Source: a bacterium (GTDB taxonomy: Bacteria > UBP6 > UBA1177). Taken from it: a DNA stretch of 64,000 nucleotides. Positions 1-9,240 of the stretch are shown piece after piece; position 1 is the first letter of the stretch; each line of letters begins with the position of its first letter. The translations under genes and the position numbers were made by a program. The stretch lies in contig JAFQZM010000033.1 of the NCBI GenBank assembly GCA_017405875.1, forward strand, positions 45,549 to 109,548, given 5' to 3'. The notes under the pieces were generated by a model. It was given only the letters and a program-made list of their open reading frames with translations, did not search any database and was not told the DNA's origin.

Positions 1-1300
1 CATCACCTTCGCCGTTACGAAGGTATCCGCCGAGAACTGCAACAACCGTTTCAGTTTCTTCTTTGTCATCCATAAGAACGCCGACTGCCGCCGGAGAAAT
101 AAGACCTTTTGTCTTCAACTCAGCATCGTCACCGCCGTTTCTGTCAGCAACAGCCATCGGTGTGGATACGCCCTGAGTTACAAGTTCTGCAAAATTTTCA
201 CCGAGAACCGGAGTCTCTTTTCCTTCTTTCGTATCTGTCGATCCGCCGATTACCAAAATTCTCGGGGTAACGGTCTTAACGCCGTTTTCATCAACATTGA
301 CTATTGAAACATCCGCAACTGCGTGATTGCAGCGACCTTGTTTCAGTGTTGCAAAAGTCTCGGAAACAACAGAACCTGTTTTTGCCGAAATTCTATAAAC
401 GCCTGCTTCACCTTTATTGGAACAACCACCGACGATATAAACATCACCGTCGATCGTGATTGCTTTAGCCTTTGTCATCTCGGGAGCACCGAGAGCAAAC
501 AAATCATATTTGTTATTTTTCGGATCGTAAATCCAAACCGAAGCGTTCAACTGATCATCTTCAGTCATACCGAGACCGACAACGATTTTTCCGGTTTCAG
601 TTCCGTCGTCAAGAAGTGCTGCGATGTGATCATAAAGTTTTACAGGAAGATCTTTCACGTCATTTTTGGAAATAGACTGCATATCAAAAATAACTGCTTT
701 GTTAGAAACTTCTTCTTCTTCAAGATCGAAACCGCCGGCCATATAGATGCTGCCGTCTTTGAGAGCAACAGCCGCCGCACCTTTAGAACCGCCTTCACCG
801 AAATATGACTTAAGCGAAGTCTTGCCCGCATCTCCTCTGTCGGCAACAACTCTTGCGAAATCACCGACCGGTGCAAGGAAAATATCTACATCATAATTGT
901 TTTTATCATCATAATAAACACCGTCGATACCACCGGTAAGTTTCAACTTTTCGTTTGAATTCGTAACTTCGACAAAGAAACGGTAGTAAGCACCTTTTTT
1001 AAGAGATCTGATGAACTCTTCCTTACCGCCTTTGTTGTCGGTAACTTTTATGAGTTTACGGTCTGCATAAACATAGTCATCAGCGATATTGGATTTGGAA
1101 TAAATCGAAAGCATGACCTGATCGCTTTCATTTATGCAGTAGGTATAGTCAGAATTAGGATCGTCTAAATCATTACAAACACTTTCGTAATCGATCGGGA
1201 GTTTCAACGTGATTTTGAAATCACCGGTATTGCCCGAATCGCAAGATATGAGCATAAAGGCTAAAATGAAAGCCAAAGAGAGAAAAAACAATCTTTTCAT
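1..1300 (-). CDS. Kelch/beta-propeller repeat lipoprotein (3' end runs off the window; absent from the ORF track)
   Basis: Manual translation from ATG at 1300, with GGAGG RBS just upstream: MKRLFFLSLAFILAFMLISC (lipobox). Frame is open to position 1 with kelch-like motifs IYMAGG, VWIYDP, VYIVGG, ILVIGG, VAVLGG. Confidence 0.8.
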   Translation of the reverse strand, partial: MKRLFFLSLAFILAFMLISCDSGNTGDFKITLKLPIDYESVCNDLDDPNSDYTYCINESDQVMLSIYSKSNIADDYVYADRKLIKVTDNKGGKEEFIRSLKKGAYYRFFVEVTNSNEKLKLTGGIDGVYYDDKNNYDVDIFLAPVGDFARVVADRGDAGKTSLKSYFGEGGSKGAAAVALKDGSIYMAGGFDLEEEEVSNKAVIFDMQSISKNDVKDLPVKLYDHIAALLDDGTETGKIVVGLGMTEDDQLNASVWIYDPKNNKYDLFALGAPEMTKAKAITIDGDVYIVGGCSNKGEAGVYRISAKTGSVVSETFATLKQGRCNHAVADVSIVNVDENGVKTVTPRILVIGGSTDTKEGKETPVLGENFAELVTQGVSTPMAVADRNGGDDAELKTKGLISPAAVGVLMDDKEETETVVAVLGGYLRNGEGD

Positions 1301-1319
1301 AAAATCCTCCAACCGATTA

Positions 1320-1688
1320 TTACTTTGCGTTATCCCATTCAACAGTTTTGCCGTTAGGCTCAGAGGTCCTTGTTCCGTAGTAGATACCTACTGCAGCGCC
1401 TGCAATAACGACAATCGCTACTGTAGCTATGAACCATGTCTGTTTGTAGATAGGAGTAGACTGGGTCTCAGCCATTGATTCCTCTTTGTCATCATTGGCG
1501 TTGTCATTGACGTTGCCTTCGAAATAGAAGTTGTCACCGACTTTGAGGTTGACACCTGACTGTTGTTCCTGAGCAGCCGGCTGAGCTTCCTGAGCTTCCT
1601 GCTCATCTTCTTTCGCTTCTTGAGAATAAGCCGGAGAAACCAAACTTACGATCAAAACCATAACAAGCAATTTTGAAAAAAACTTCAT
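1320..1688 (-). CDS. Small exported protein with acidic linker and C-terminal membrane anchor
   Basis: Signal peptide ending AYS-Q, E/Q-rich linker, hydrophobic tail PIYKQTWFIATVAIVVIAGAAVGIYYG; 19 nt upstream of the kelch gene. Confidence 0.7.
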   Translation of the reverse strand: MKFFSKLLVMVLIVSLVSPAYSQEAKEDEQEAQEAQPAAQEQQSGVNLKVGDNFYFEGNVNDNANDDKEESMAETQSTPIYKQTWFIATVAIVVIAGAAVGIYYGTRTSEPNGKTVEWDNAK

Positions 1689-1742
1689 GTCGCTAACCCT
1701 ATAAAAAATTGTCCAAATTACACCTAAAACAATCAGCGGCGG

Positions 1743-1771
1743 TGTTTACCAAATTTTGCGCCGTCAGTCAA
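1743..1771 (-). promoter_or_regulatory. Putative sigma-70 promoter for the 1688->1 operon
   Basis: TTGACT-17 nt-TAAACA on the minus strand. Confidence 0.4.
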
Positions 1772-1823
1772 ACTTTTTTTGCAATTAAAAAATTTGCACG
1801 TCAAAACATATTTTTTCGAGCAG

Positions 1824-2189
1824 TTATTCATCTTCAAAAACGAGAATTTTTTTAATATTTTCAGCCGTTTTAGTTTTAGCATCAGAACCGGAGCGGAATT
1901 CTTTCTTCATATAAAGCGCGGCAAAATCGACATTGTTTCCGCTGCCGGAATCCGTTTTCGTTGAAAAAATTGCAGGAACTTTTCCGGCAATCCGATTGTG
2001 CCGGCTGCGGATATCATCCTCCGAAAAATTTTCCCCGGGCAGAGTGTTGAAAGAAAAAACAGCACCGTTTGACGACGAAACCGAAGTGTTGATTTTAAAA
2101 GCCGTTCCCGAAGGAACAAGTTCGGTGTGTATGCTGAATTTCAGACCCGATGCTGATATTTCGGAATCAAAACAAGGAAAATCCGACAT
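1824..2189 (-). CDS. Hypothetical protein coupled to rpoZ
   Basis: ATG overlaps the rpoZ stop by 1 nt; 121 aa with no recognised motif. Confidence 0.55.
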   Translation of the reverse strand: MSDFPCFDSEISASGLKFSIHTELVPSGTAFKINTSVSSSNGAVFSFNTLPGENFSEDDIRSRHNRIAGKVPAIFSTKTDSGSGNNVDFAALYMKKEFRSGSDAKTKTAENIKKILVFEDE

Positions 2190-2455
2190 TAGTCTTCATC
2201 TTGACTGCGGATATATCTTGAAATTTTGCGGCGGCGGTGGAAATGCTTTTTCTGCTTGTTGGCCGCATAACCGAGTTCTATTTTGCCCGCGCTGACTTCA
2301 CGCAGAGCGATGATCGGCGGTTTGTTGCCTTTCGTGTTGGCGATAAGGGGTTCCGCGCCGTCAAGAAGCTGGCGCGTTCTTTTTGCCGCAAGAATTATAA
2401 GTTCCATCCTGTTCGGAACTTTTTCGAGACAATCTTCAACTGTTACTCTTGCCAT
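2189..2455 (-). CDS. rpoZ: RNA polymerase omega subunit
   Basis: [30 protein letters not shown]...IALREV signature. Confidence 0.95.
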   Translation of the reverse strand: MARVTVEDCLEKVPNRMELIILAAKRTRQLLDGAEPLIANTKGNKPPIIALREVSAGKIELGYAANKQKKHFHRRRKISRYIRSQDED

Positions 2456-2529
2456 GAATTTCTCCTTCAAACAAAAAAAATCCGCGATAGTATAGTGATA
2501 TTTTTCTGAAAATCAATTTTTCGTGATCT

Positions 2530-3561
2530 TTAAGCGAAATAACTCTTCGGAATTTCGACTCTTTCGGCTTTATCGGTCTTCACGATCCTGCCGACGACGT
2601 ATCTGTCGGAATTTTCAAGCAGCGCATCGACCTGTTCCGGCGGCACGATAAGCATGAAGCCCGTTCCGCAGTTGAAAGTCGTGAACATTTCGCGCTCGCT
2701 CAAGTCCGCGCATTTTCTGAGCCATTTGAATACCGGAAGTACTTTGAAATCGCCGTCGATCAATGCTCCCAGACCTTCGGGAATGACTCTCGGAATATTT
2801 TCGTAAAAACCGCCGCCCGTGATGTGGACCATGCCGCGGATGTCGAACTTTTTAAGAAGGTCGAGGACTTCTTTCACGTAGATTCTCGTAGGTTTCAGAA
2901 ACTCTTCTGCAACCGTGCAGCCGAGCTCTTCGATTCTGTCGTTTATCTTGAGTCCCATTTTTTCGAGAACTATCTTTCTGACGAGCGAGTATCCGTTCGA
3001 GTGAACGCCCGTTGACGGGATCCCGACGATGACGTCGCCTTCCTTTATCTTCGAGCCGTCGATTATCTTGCTTTTGTCAACGACACCGACATTGAAACCT
3101 GCAAGGTCGTATTCGCCTTCCGCGTAAAATCCCGGCATTTCGGCAGTTTCGCCTCCGACGAGAGCGCATCCCGCCTGACGGCAGCCTTCAGCTATACCGG
3201 TAACGACTTCCGCGCCCACTTCGCTTCTCAGTTTTCCGGTTGCGAAATAGTCAAGGAAAAAGAGCGGTTCCGCGCCGCCGACAATGACGTCGTTGACACA
3301 CATCGCAACGAGGTCGATACCAATCGTGTCGTGTTTGTCGGCAAGAAAAGCGAACTTAAGTTTCGTTCCGACGCCGTCTGTTCCGCTGACTAAAACAGGT
3401 TCTTTGATCCCTTCAGGGATCGAAACGAGCGACGAAAATCCGCCGATAGCGGCAAGAACTTCGGGACGCATGGTTTTTTTGACGATAGGTTTGATCTTGT
3501 CGACCATCGCCGCACCTTCGGCAATATCGACACCTGCATTTTTGTAATTGATTTCGGACAT
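2530..3561 (-). CDS. purM: Phosphoribosylformylglycinamidine cyclo-ligase (AIR synthase)
   Basis: YKNAGVD, TDGVGTK, GGETAEMPG, HSNGYSLVR and HITGGG motifs. Confidence 0.97.
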   Translation of the reverse strand: MSEINYKNAGVDIAEGAAMVDKIKPIVKKTMRPEVLAAIGGFSSLVSIPEGIKEPVLVSGTDGVGTKLKFAFLADKHDTIGIDLVAMCVNDVIVGGAEPLFFLDYFATGKLRSEVGAEVVTGIAEGCRQAGCALVGGETAEMPGFYAEGEYDLAGFNVGVVDKSKIIDGSKIKEGDVIVGIPSTGVHSNGYSLVRKIVLEKMGLKINDRIEELGCTVAEEFLKPTRIYVKEVLDLLKKFDIRGMVHITGGGFYENIPRVIPEGLGALIDGDFKVLPVFKWLRKCADLSEREMFTTFNCGTGFMLIVPPEQVDALLENSDRYVVGRIVKTDKAERVEIPKSYFA

Positions 3562-3669
3562 CTCTTTCTCCAAATAAAAAATCCGGCGGAATATATAAAA
3601 GCGCGCAGCATTTTGCAAACTTTATGACGCAATATCTGACAAGGGCGCAAAATCCTTAAATCTGCAAGG

Positions 3670-5643
3670 TCAGAATGTTTCGTAGGAATACGCCCTGATT
3701 TCCGTCCTTTCCACCTCATCATTCGAAGAATCTTTTACAGCGGAGACCGGATAGCCGTCTTCATCGTATTCTATTTCCATATTGTATCGCTGTGCACCTT
3801 TATTATACTTCTCGGACACAAGGTTGCCGTTCTCATCGTATACATAAGTCGTTTTTCCCTTTTTGTTCCATGTTTTGTATCTCATGTCGGTGTCGCCGCG
3901 GTATTCGTAAACATAGCTGTTGTCAGCAACAATTCTGCCGAGTGAATCGTATTCTGTGTACTGGACTGACATGGATTCCACATCCGGATTTTCTTCATTC
4001 CAGCTGCCTGCCGAGCGTATTTCGACAAGCCTGTCCTGATCGTCGTAAACATAGATCTCTATCCTCTTTTTAGAAGTAGTTTCCGGAGCAGTTTCATCCT
4101 CATAATCTCTTTGGATCGTATATGCCCTCGATTCTTTCAATTTTCCGGTCGCAGTATACTTGTAATAAGTGACATCCACCTGTTTTTCCCACTTACCTGT
4201 ATAGAAACCATATTCATCAAAAAAATCGACCAGAACAGGATCATCATATTCCTTGCTTTTTTTGGTTACACGCCCGATACCGTCGTGTTCGTAGGTATAG
4301 GAATAGGATTTGCACTTTTCTTCCTCATCGCAGACAGTTTCATGCTTGATTTCGCTGCTGTTATAGTAGAAAGTCCTTGTTGTCCTCTCATACACCCCGG
4401 AAAAATCGATCTTATTATATCCGGTCTCGCGCCCTTTCTCGTCATAGATTCTTTCCACGGCTTTGGGAGGATAATAATAACAGGCGTTCGTGTTGTCATC
4501 ATCGTCGAGAGTTTCGACTCTCCGCTTCAGAGAGCCGTCGGGATAGTATTCCCATTCGTCGTCAATAGTCACCGAATATCTTTCATCCGGAGTTGTCGTT
4601 ATCCTGACCGGGCGCATTTCTTCATCATAAAAATATTCCTTCTCATGTTCCCGCTTGCGCCAAGCCCATGAAGCACCACTGCAAACCATGTAGTATTCGT
4701 AAAAATCGTGATGGCTTTTAAGCAGAAGTCCGTCTGAATAGTCATATTTTATCGTCTTTTTCGTCGTCATATCGATAGATGCGATATAATCGGGAACATA
4801 ACCGTAATAGTAAACTGCGGCATCCTTGCCGTTTTCATCGAACTCTTTGGAAATAAAGTAGCGTTTCTTTTCGGTTAGTTTCCCTTTTTCGTCATAAAAA
4901 TAATCGACTCTTTCCTGCATATCGATACCTTCGGAAACACGCTCTCCGTTGGTGAAAACACTCTCCACAACTGCATAGTCCTCAGAAAAATATTCAGCAT
5001 CCTCATCGGAGAAATCACGAAAGAACGGGAATGCCTCTTTGACCGCGCTTCTTCTTACTCTCTGTTTGATCCTCCCGTTCTCATCGTAAAAATAAGTGAC
5101 GCAGCCTGCCTCTCTTCCTTCCTCCAGTTTCCCGACACACATTTTTTTGACCGTTCCGTCATCGTTGAATTCATAAGAAAACTTCTGACACTCCCCTGTA
5201 ATAACTCCCTCAGTATCCCGTTTGCATATCCTCGTCACATTGCCCTTGTCATCGTATTCATAGGACTTGCTCTTCCGCCCTTTCGAGGTGCTGTTCGTGA
5301 CGTTGTATTTGCTTTCAAATTTGACGCGGCAGTTTTTATCGTAGTAACGTTTTATCATATAGGTATAATTTGCCCCGGCATAACCTGTTTTCTTAGAGTC
5401 GACATCGACTGTTTCCTTAGTCAGGACCTTTTTTCCGATGCATTCCTGCGTCAAAGGAATTCGTTCTTTCGGAGGTTCTTCGTACTCTTCAGCCGCCACA
5501 TTATCCGCATCTTCACCGGTACTCCCGGAATCTTCATCCGGCACTGCATCCGAATCATTGACCGTTTCCTTTTTCGGGCCGCCGCATCCGGCAACAAGAA
5601 GCAAAATTGAAAGAATCACGCAAGCTGCAAAAATTTTCTTCAT
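3670..5643 (-). CDS. YD-repeat lipoprotein, paralog 1
   Basis: Lipobox LVAGC, acidic linker, many YxYD-x-x-G repeats (YEYDDKGN, YFYDENGR, YVYDENGN); GGAGG RBS. Confidence 0.85.
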   Translation of the reverse strand: MKKIFAACVILSILLLVAGCGGPKKETVNDSDAVPDEDSGSTGEDADNVAAEEYEEPPKERIPLTQECIGKKVLTKETVDVDSKKTGYAGANYTYMIKRYYDKNCRVKFESKYNVTNSTSKGRKSKSYEYDDKGNVTRICKRDTEGVITGECQKFSYEFNDDGTVKKMCVGKLEEGREAGCVTYFYDENGRIKQRVRRSAVKEAFPFFRDFSDEDAEYFSEDYAVVESVFTNGERVSEGIDMQERVDYFYDEKGKLTEKKRYFISKEFDENGKDAAVYYYGYVPDYIASIDMTTKKTIKYDYSDGLLLKSHHDFYEYYMVCSGASWAWRKREHEKEYFYDEEMRPVRITTTPDERYSVTIDDEWEYYPDGSLKRRVETLDDDDNTNACYYYPPKAVERIYDEKGRETGYNKIDFSGVYERTTRTFYYNSSEIKHETVCDEEEKCKSYSYTYEHDGIGRVTKKSKEYDDPVLVDFFDEYGFYTGKWEKQVDVTYYKYTATGKLKESRAYTIQRDYEDETAPETTSKKRIEIYVYDDQDRLVEIRSAGSWNEENPDVESMSVQYTEYDSLGRIVADNSYVYEYRGDTDMRYKTWNKKGKTTYVYDENGNLVSEKYNKGAQRYNMEIEYDEDGYPVSAVKDSSNDEVERTEIRAYSYETF

Positions 5644-5683
5644 TTTTACCTCCACGGCGGTTCAAAAAAACAGCGGTTAATCC

Positions 5684-7741
5684 TTACGGAAGCTGGAATG
5701 TTTCGTAGGAATATGCCCTTGTCTCTTTTCTTTCGTATTCGTCATTCGGATATTCCTTTCCGGCGGAAACCGGATAGCCGTCTTCGTCATATTCTATTTC
5801 CATATTGTATCGCTGCGCACCTTTATTATACTTCTCGGACACAAGGTTGCCGTTTTCATCGTATTTGTAGAAAGTACTTCCCCATTTAAACCACGTTTTT
5901 TTCCTTATATCCGAATCTCCCCGGTATTCGTAAACATGTCCGTTGTCACTGATGACTCTGTCAAGCGAATCGTACTCTGTGTACTGGACTGACATGGAGC
6001 CTATATCCGGATTTTCTTCATCCCAGCTGCTTGCCGAGCGTATTTCAATAAGCCTGTCCTTTTCATCGTAAATATAGATTTCGATCCTCTTTTTCGAAAC
6101 AGTTTCCGGAGCAGTTTCATCTTCATACTTTCTTTGTATCTTATACGCCCTCGATTCTTTCAATTTTCCCGTCCCGGTATATTTGTAATAAGTGACATCC
6201 TTCTGTTTCAACCATATCGCCTGCCATGTTTCAAAATCAATCCCGCCATCAACAGGATCAGCATAATCTTTGCGTTCTTCGGTTACACGCCCGAGACCGT
6301 CGTGTTCGTAGGTATAGGAATAGGATTTGCAGTTTTCTTCATCATCGCAGACAGTTTCCTGCTTGACTTCGCTGCTGTTGTCGTAGTAAGTCCTTGTTGT
6401 CGTCTCATACACCCCGGAATAATCGATCTTATTATACCCGGTCTCGCGCCCTTTTTTGTCATAGATTCTTTCCAGGGCTTTAGGACGATAATAATAACAG
6501 TCGTTCGTGCTGCTATTATCGTCGATAGTTTCAACTTTCCGCTTCAGAGAACCGTCGGGATAGTATTCCCATTCGTCGTCAATAGTCACCGAATATCTTT
6601 CGTCCGGACTTGTCATTATCCTGACCGGGCGCATTTTTTCATCATAAAAATATTCCTTCTCATGTTCCCGCTTGCGCCAAGCCCATGAAGCACCACTGCA
6701 AACCATGTAGTATTCGTAAAAATCGTGCCGGCTTTTAAGCAGAAGTCCGTCTGAATAGTCGTATGTTATCCTCTCTTTTGCCGTCATATCGATAGACGCG
6801 ATAGTATCAGGAACACCGCCGTAAGTGTAGACCGAGCTGTCTCTGCCGGCTTCGTCGAACTCTTTGGAAATAAAGTAGCGTTTCTTTTCGGTGAGTTTTC
6901 CTTTTTCGTCATAAAGATAATCGACTCTTTCCTGCATATCTATACCTTCGGAGACATGGTTTCCGTTGATGTAAACACTCTCTACGGCTGCATAATCCTC
7001 GGAAAGATATTCTGCATCCTCGTCAGAGAAATCGCGGAAAAACGGGAACATTTCTGTGACCGCGCTTCTTATTATTCTTTGCTTTATCCTGCCGTTTTTA
7101 TCGTAAAGGTAGCTGACGCATCCGCTCTCTTTTCCTTCAGCAGACTTCCCTTCGCACATTTTTTTGATTGTTCCGTCACCGTTGAATTCGTACGAAAACT
7201 TCCGGCACTGCCCGTTAATAATCTCTCCTTCGGCATTCCTACGGCAGATTTTTACGACATTGCCTTTGTCGTCGTATTTATAGGATCTGCCCTGCTGTCT
7301 GTTGACCTTGCCGTTAGGATCGATGAAGTATTTGCTTTCAAATTTGACGCGGCAGTTTTCATCGTACCAGCGGTCTACATAATACTCGTAGCTGTATTCA
7401 TTATAATTATAATCATCTTTATTGACCGAGACCGTTTCTTGGACAAGCAGCTTTTTTTCGAAACAATCCTGCGTCAGAGAAAAATCGTCGATCTCATCCT
7501 CTTCCTCATCCTCATCATTTGTTTCTTCATCAATGTCTTCAACGCTCTCTTCATCTGATTTTTCTTCTTCGTCCGGAACGATATCATTATCCTCAGAAGC
7601 ATCATTTTCCGGATCGGCAGTTTCAATGTCTCCGTCCGTCATGATATCTGAATCACTGACTGTTTCCTTTTTCGGACCGCCGCATCCGGCAACAAGAAGC
7701 GAAATTGAAAGAATCACGCAAACTGCAAAAATTTTCTTCAT
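5684..7741 (-). CDS. YD-repeat lipoprotein, paralog 2
   Basis: Same architecture as 3670-5643 with a longer D/E linker; the two genes share long identical blocks. Confidence 0.85.
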   Translation of the reverse strand: MKKIFAVCVILSISLLVAGCGGPKKETVSDSDIMTDGDIETADPENDASEDNDIVPDEEEKSDEESVEDIDEETNDEDEEEDEIDDFSLTQDCFEKKLLVQETVSVNKDDYNYNEYSYEYYVDRWYDENCRVKFESKYFIDPNGKVNRQQGRSYKYDDKGNVVKICRRNAEGEIINGQCRKFSYEFNGDGTIKKMCEGKSAEGKESGCVSYLYDKNGRIKQRIIRSAVTEMFPFFRDFSDEDAEYLSEDYAAVESVYINGNHVSEGIDMQERVDYLYDEKGKLTEKKRYFISKEFDEAGRDSSVYTYGGVPDTIASIDMTAKERITYDYSDGLLLKSRHDFYEYYMVCSGASWAWRKREHEKEYFYDEKMRPVRIMTSPDERYSVTIDDEWEYYPDGSLKRKVETIDDNSSTNDCYYYRPKALERIYDKKGRETGYNKIDYSGVYETTTRTYYDNSSEVKQETVCDDEENCKSYSYTYEHDGLGRVTEERKDYADPVDGGIDFETWQAIWLKQKDVTYYKYTGTGKLKESRAYKIQRKYEDETAPETVSKKRIEIYIYDEKDRLIEIRSASSWDEENPDIGSMSVQYTEYDSLDRVISDNGHVYEYRGDSDIRKKTWFKWGSTFYKYDENGNLVSEKYNKGAQRYNMEIEYDEDGYPVSAGKEYPNDEYERKETRAYSYETFQLP

Positions 7742-7880
7742 TTTTACCTCCACGGCGGTTCAAAAAATCCTATTATTATCAAATTTTTAAACAAAAACAC
7801 AAGTTTTCTGCAACAACAAAAAATATTGAAAAACTTTCTCCTTCCCGTATATTAGTGCGTCATTTTTGAGGGAGGTGAAT

Positions 7881-8519
7881 ATGCCGCTTTTTATCGGGAT
7901 CGCAGGCGGTTCGGGTTCCGGGAAAACGACCGTCGCAAAGAACATCAAACAGGCTTTTTCGAATGACGAAAGAGTCGTCATCATCGAAATGGACAGTTAT
8001 TACAAGGATTTGTCGGGTAAAACACTTGCCGAGCGCGAGAAAAACAACTACGACATTCCCGACGCGATCGACTTTCCGCTTCTGCGGCAGCAGCTTGCAG
8101 ACCTGAAAGCGAACAAAGCGGTAAAAAAGCCGATTTACGACTTCGTGACCCACTCGAGAAAGCAGGAAACCGAACTTATCGAGCCTGCCGACATCATTGT
8201 TCTCGAAGGAATCATGACTTTCCACGACGAGAAAGTAAGAAATATGCTCGACATCAAGTTCTTCGTTGACACCGATGCTGACATCCGTCTGATGAGAAGG
8301 ATCAGGCGCGATATGGAACAGCGCGGACGTTCGTTTGAAGAGATCCGCGAGCGTTATTTCACAATGGTACGCCCCGCTTACCGCGATTTCGTAAAGCCGA
8401 CGATGCGTTTTGCCGACCTCGTCATTCCCGAAGGCGGACAGAATTCAGTCGCAATCGACATCATCGTTTCAAAAATCTCCCACTGGCTTTCCGACAAGGA
8501 AAAATCGGCTAAAAAATGA
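7881..8519 (+). CDS. udk: Uridine kinase
   Basis: IGIAGGSGSGKTT Walker A, DSYY, PIYDF, RRIRRD..RGR motifs; GGAGG RBS. Confidence 0.95.
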   Translation: MPLFIGIAGGSGSGKTTVAKNIKQAFSNDERVVIIEMDSYYKDLSGKTLAEREKNNYDIPDAIDFPLLRQQLADLKANKAVKKPIYDFVTHSRKQETELIEPADIIVLEGIMTFHDEKVRNMLDIKFFVDTDADIRLMRRIRRDMEQRGRSFEEIRERYFTMVRPAYRDFVKPTMRFADLVIPEGGQNSVAIDIIVSKISHWLSDKEKSAKK

Positions 8520-9166
8520 GCTCAACTCCGAAAATTCAAATCGACAAAGCATTCGCAGCTCTGAGAATCTGGGTAGCTGAACTCGATTACGCTCCCGTCA
8601 TAGACCTCATGGCTGCCGGGCACGATTCGCCATGGAAACTTCTCGCTTCGACCATGCTTTCGGCACGCACCAAGGACGCAGTTACGACAAAAGCGTCAAA
8701 ATCTCTTTTCTCTCGCGCCGACACACCCGAAAAAACGGCGGAACTTTCAGTGGAAGAGCTTGCCGAACTCATCTATCCTGTCGGTTTTTACAGGACGAAA
8801 GCGGAAAACCTCAAAAAACTGGCTGAAGCCATTGTAAACAGATTCGGCGGTATAGTGCCTGAAACTCTCGAAGAACTCACTACCCTTCCCGGAGTCGGCG
8901 TGAAGACGGCATCGTTAGTTCTCATCAAGGCTTTCGACAAATACGAAATCTGCGTCGACACACACGTTCACCGCATTTCGAACATGTGGGGACTTGTTTC
9001 GACGAAAACGCCCGAAGAAACCAGAGTCGAACTCAAAAAAACTCTCCCGAAAAAATACTGGAAAGAGATAAATCAGGAACTCGTCACGCTCGGACAGACA
9101 GTCTGCAAACCGACAAAACACGAATGCGGCAAATGCCCGCTGAAAGAAATATGTCCGGCTTCTTAG
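8516..9166 (+). CDS. nth: Endonuclease III (HhH-GPD glycosylase with 4Fe-4S cluster)
   Basis: LPGVGVKTA helix-hairpin-helix, VDTHVHR, C-x6-C-x2-C-x5-C. Confidence 0.93.
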   Translation: MSSTPKIQIDKAFAALRIWVAELDYAPVIDLMAAGHDSPWKLLASTMLSARTKDAVTTKASKSLFSRADTPEKTAELSVEELAELIYPVGFYRTKAENLKKLAEAIVNRFGGIVPETLEELTTLPGVGVKTASLVLIKAFDKYEICVDTHVHRISNMWGLVSTKTPEETRVELKKTLPKKYWKEINQELVTLGQTVCKPTKHECGKCPLKEICPAS

Positions 9167-9181
9167 CCGCAGTTTCTTTTT

Positions 9182-9240
9182 TGCCGCCGTCGGGATCACG
9201 GGATCTCGTGATTACGGGATCTCGGTAATATTCGGCGGCA
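9182..9240. repeat. 8-bp inverted repeat enclosing two 15-nt near-identical direct repeats
   Basis: TGCCGCCG (9182-9189) / CGGCGGCA (9233-9240); GATCACGGGATCTCG (9194-9208) and GATTACGGGATCTCG (9210-9224). Confidence 0.6.

Larger units (their letters stand above)
3670..7767. repeat. Tandem gene duplication (about 2 kb period) including the RBS/upstream region
   Basis: Upstream sequence TTTTACCTCCACGGCGGTTCAAAAAA occurs at 5644-5669 and 7742-7767; 90-nt identical block at 4621-4710 and 6639-6728. Confidence 0.9.

Noticed and set aside
3670-7741. Diversity-generating retroelement (TR/VR pair)
   Set aside because: Both copies are full genes, differences include indels and are not adenine-specific, and no reverse transcriptase is present.
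3670-7741. Rhs polymorphic toxin locus
   Set aside because: No DPxG core motif, toxin domain, immunity ORF, or VgrG/PAAR gene.
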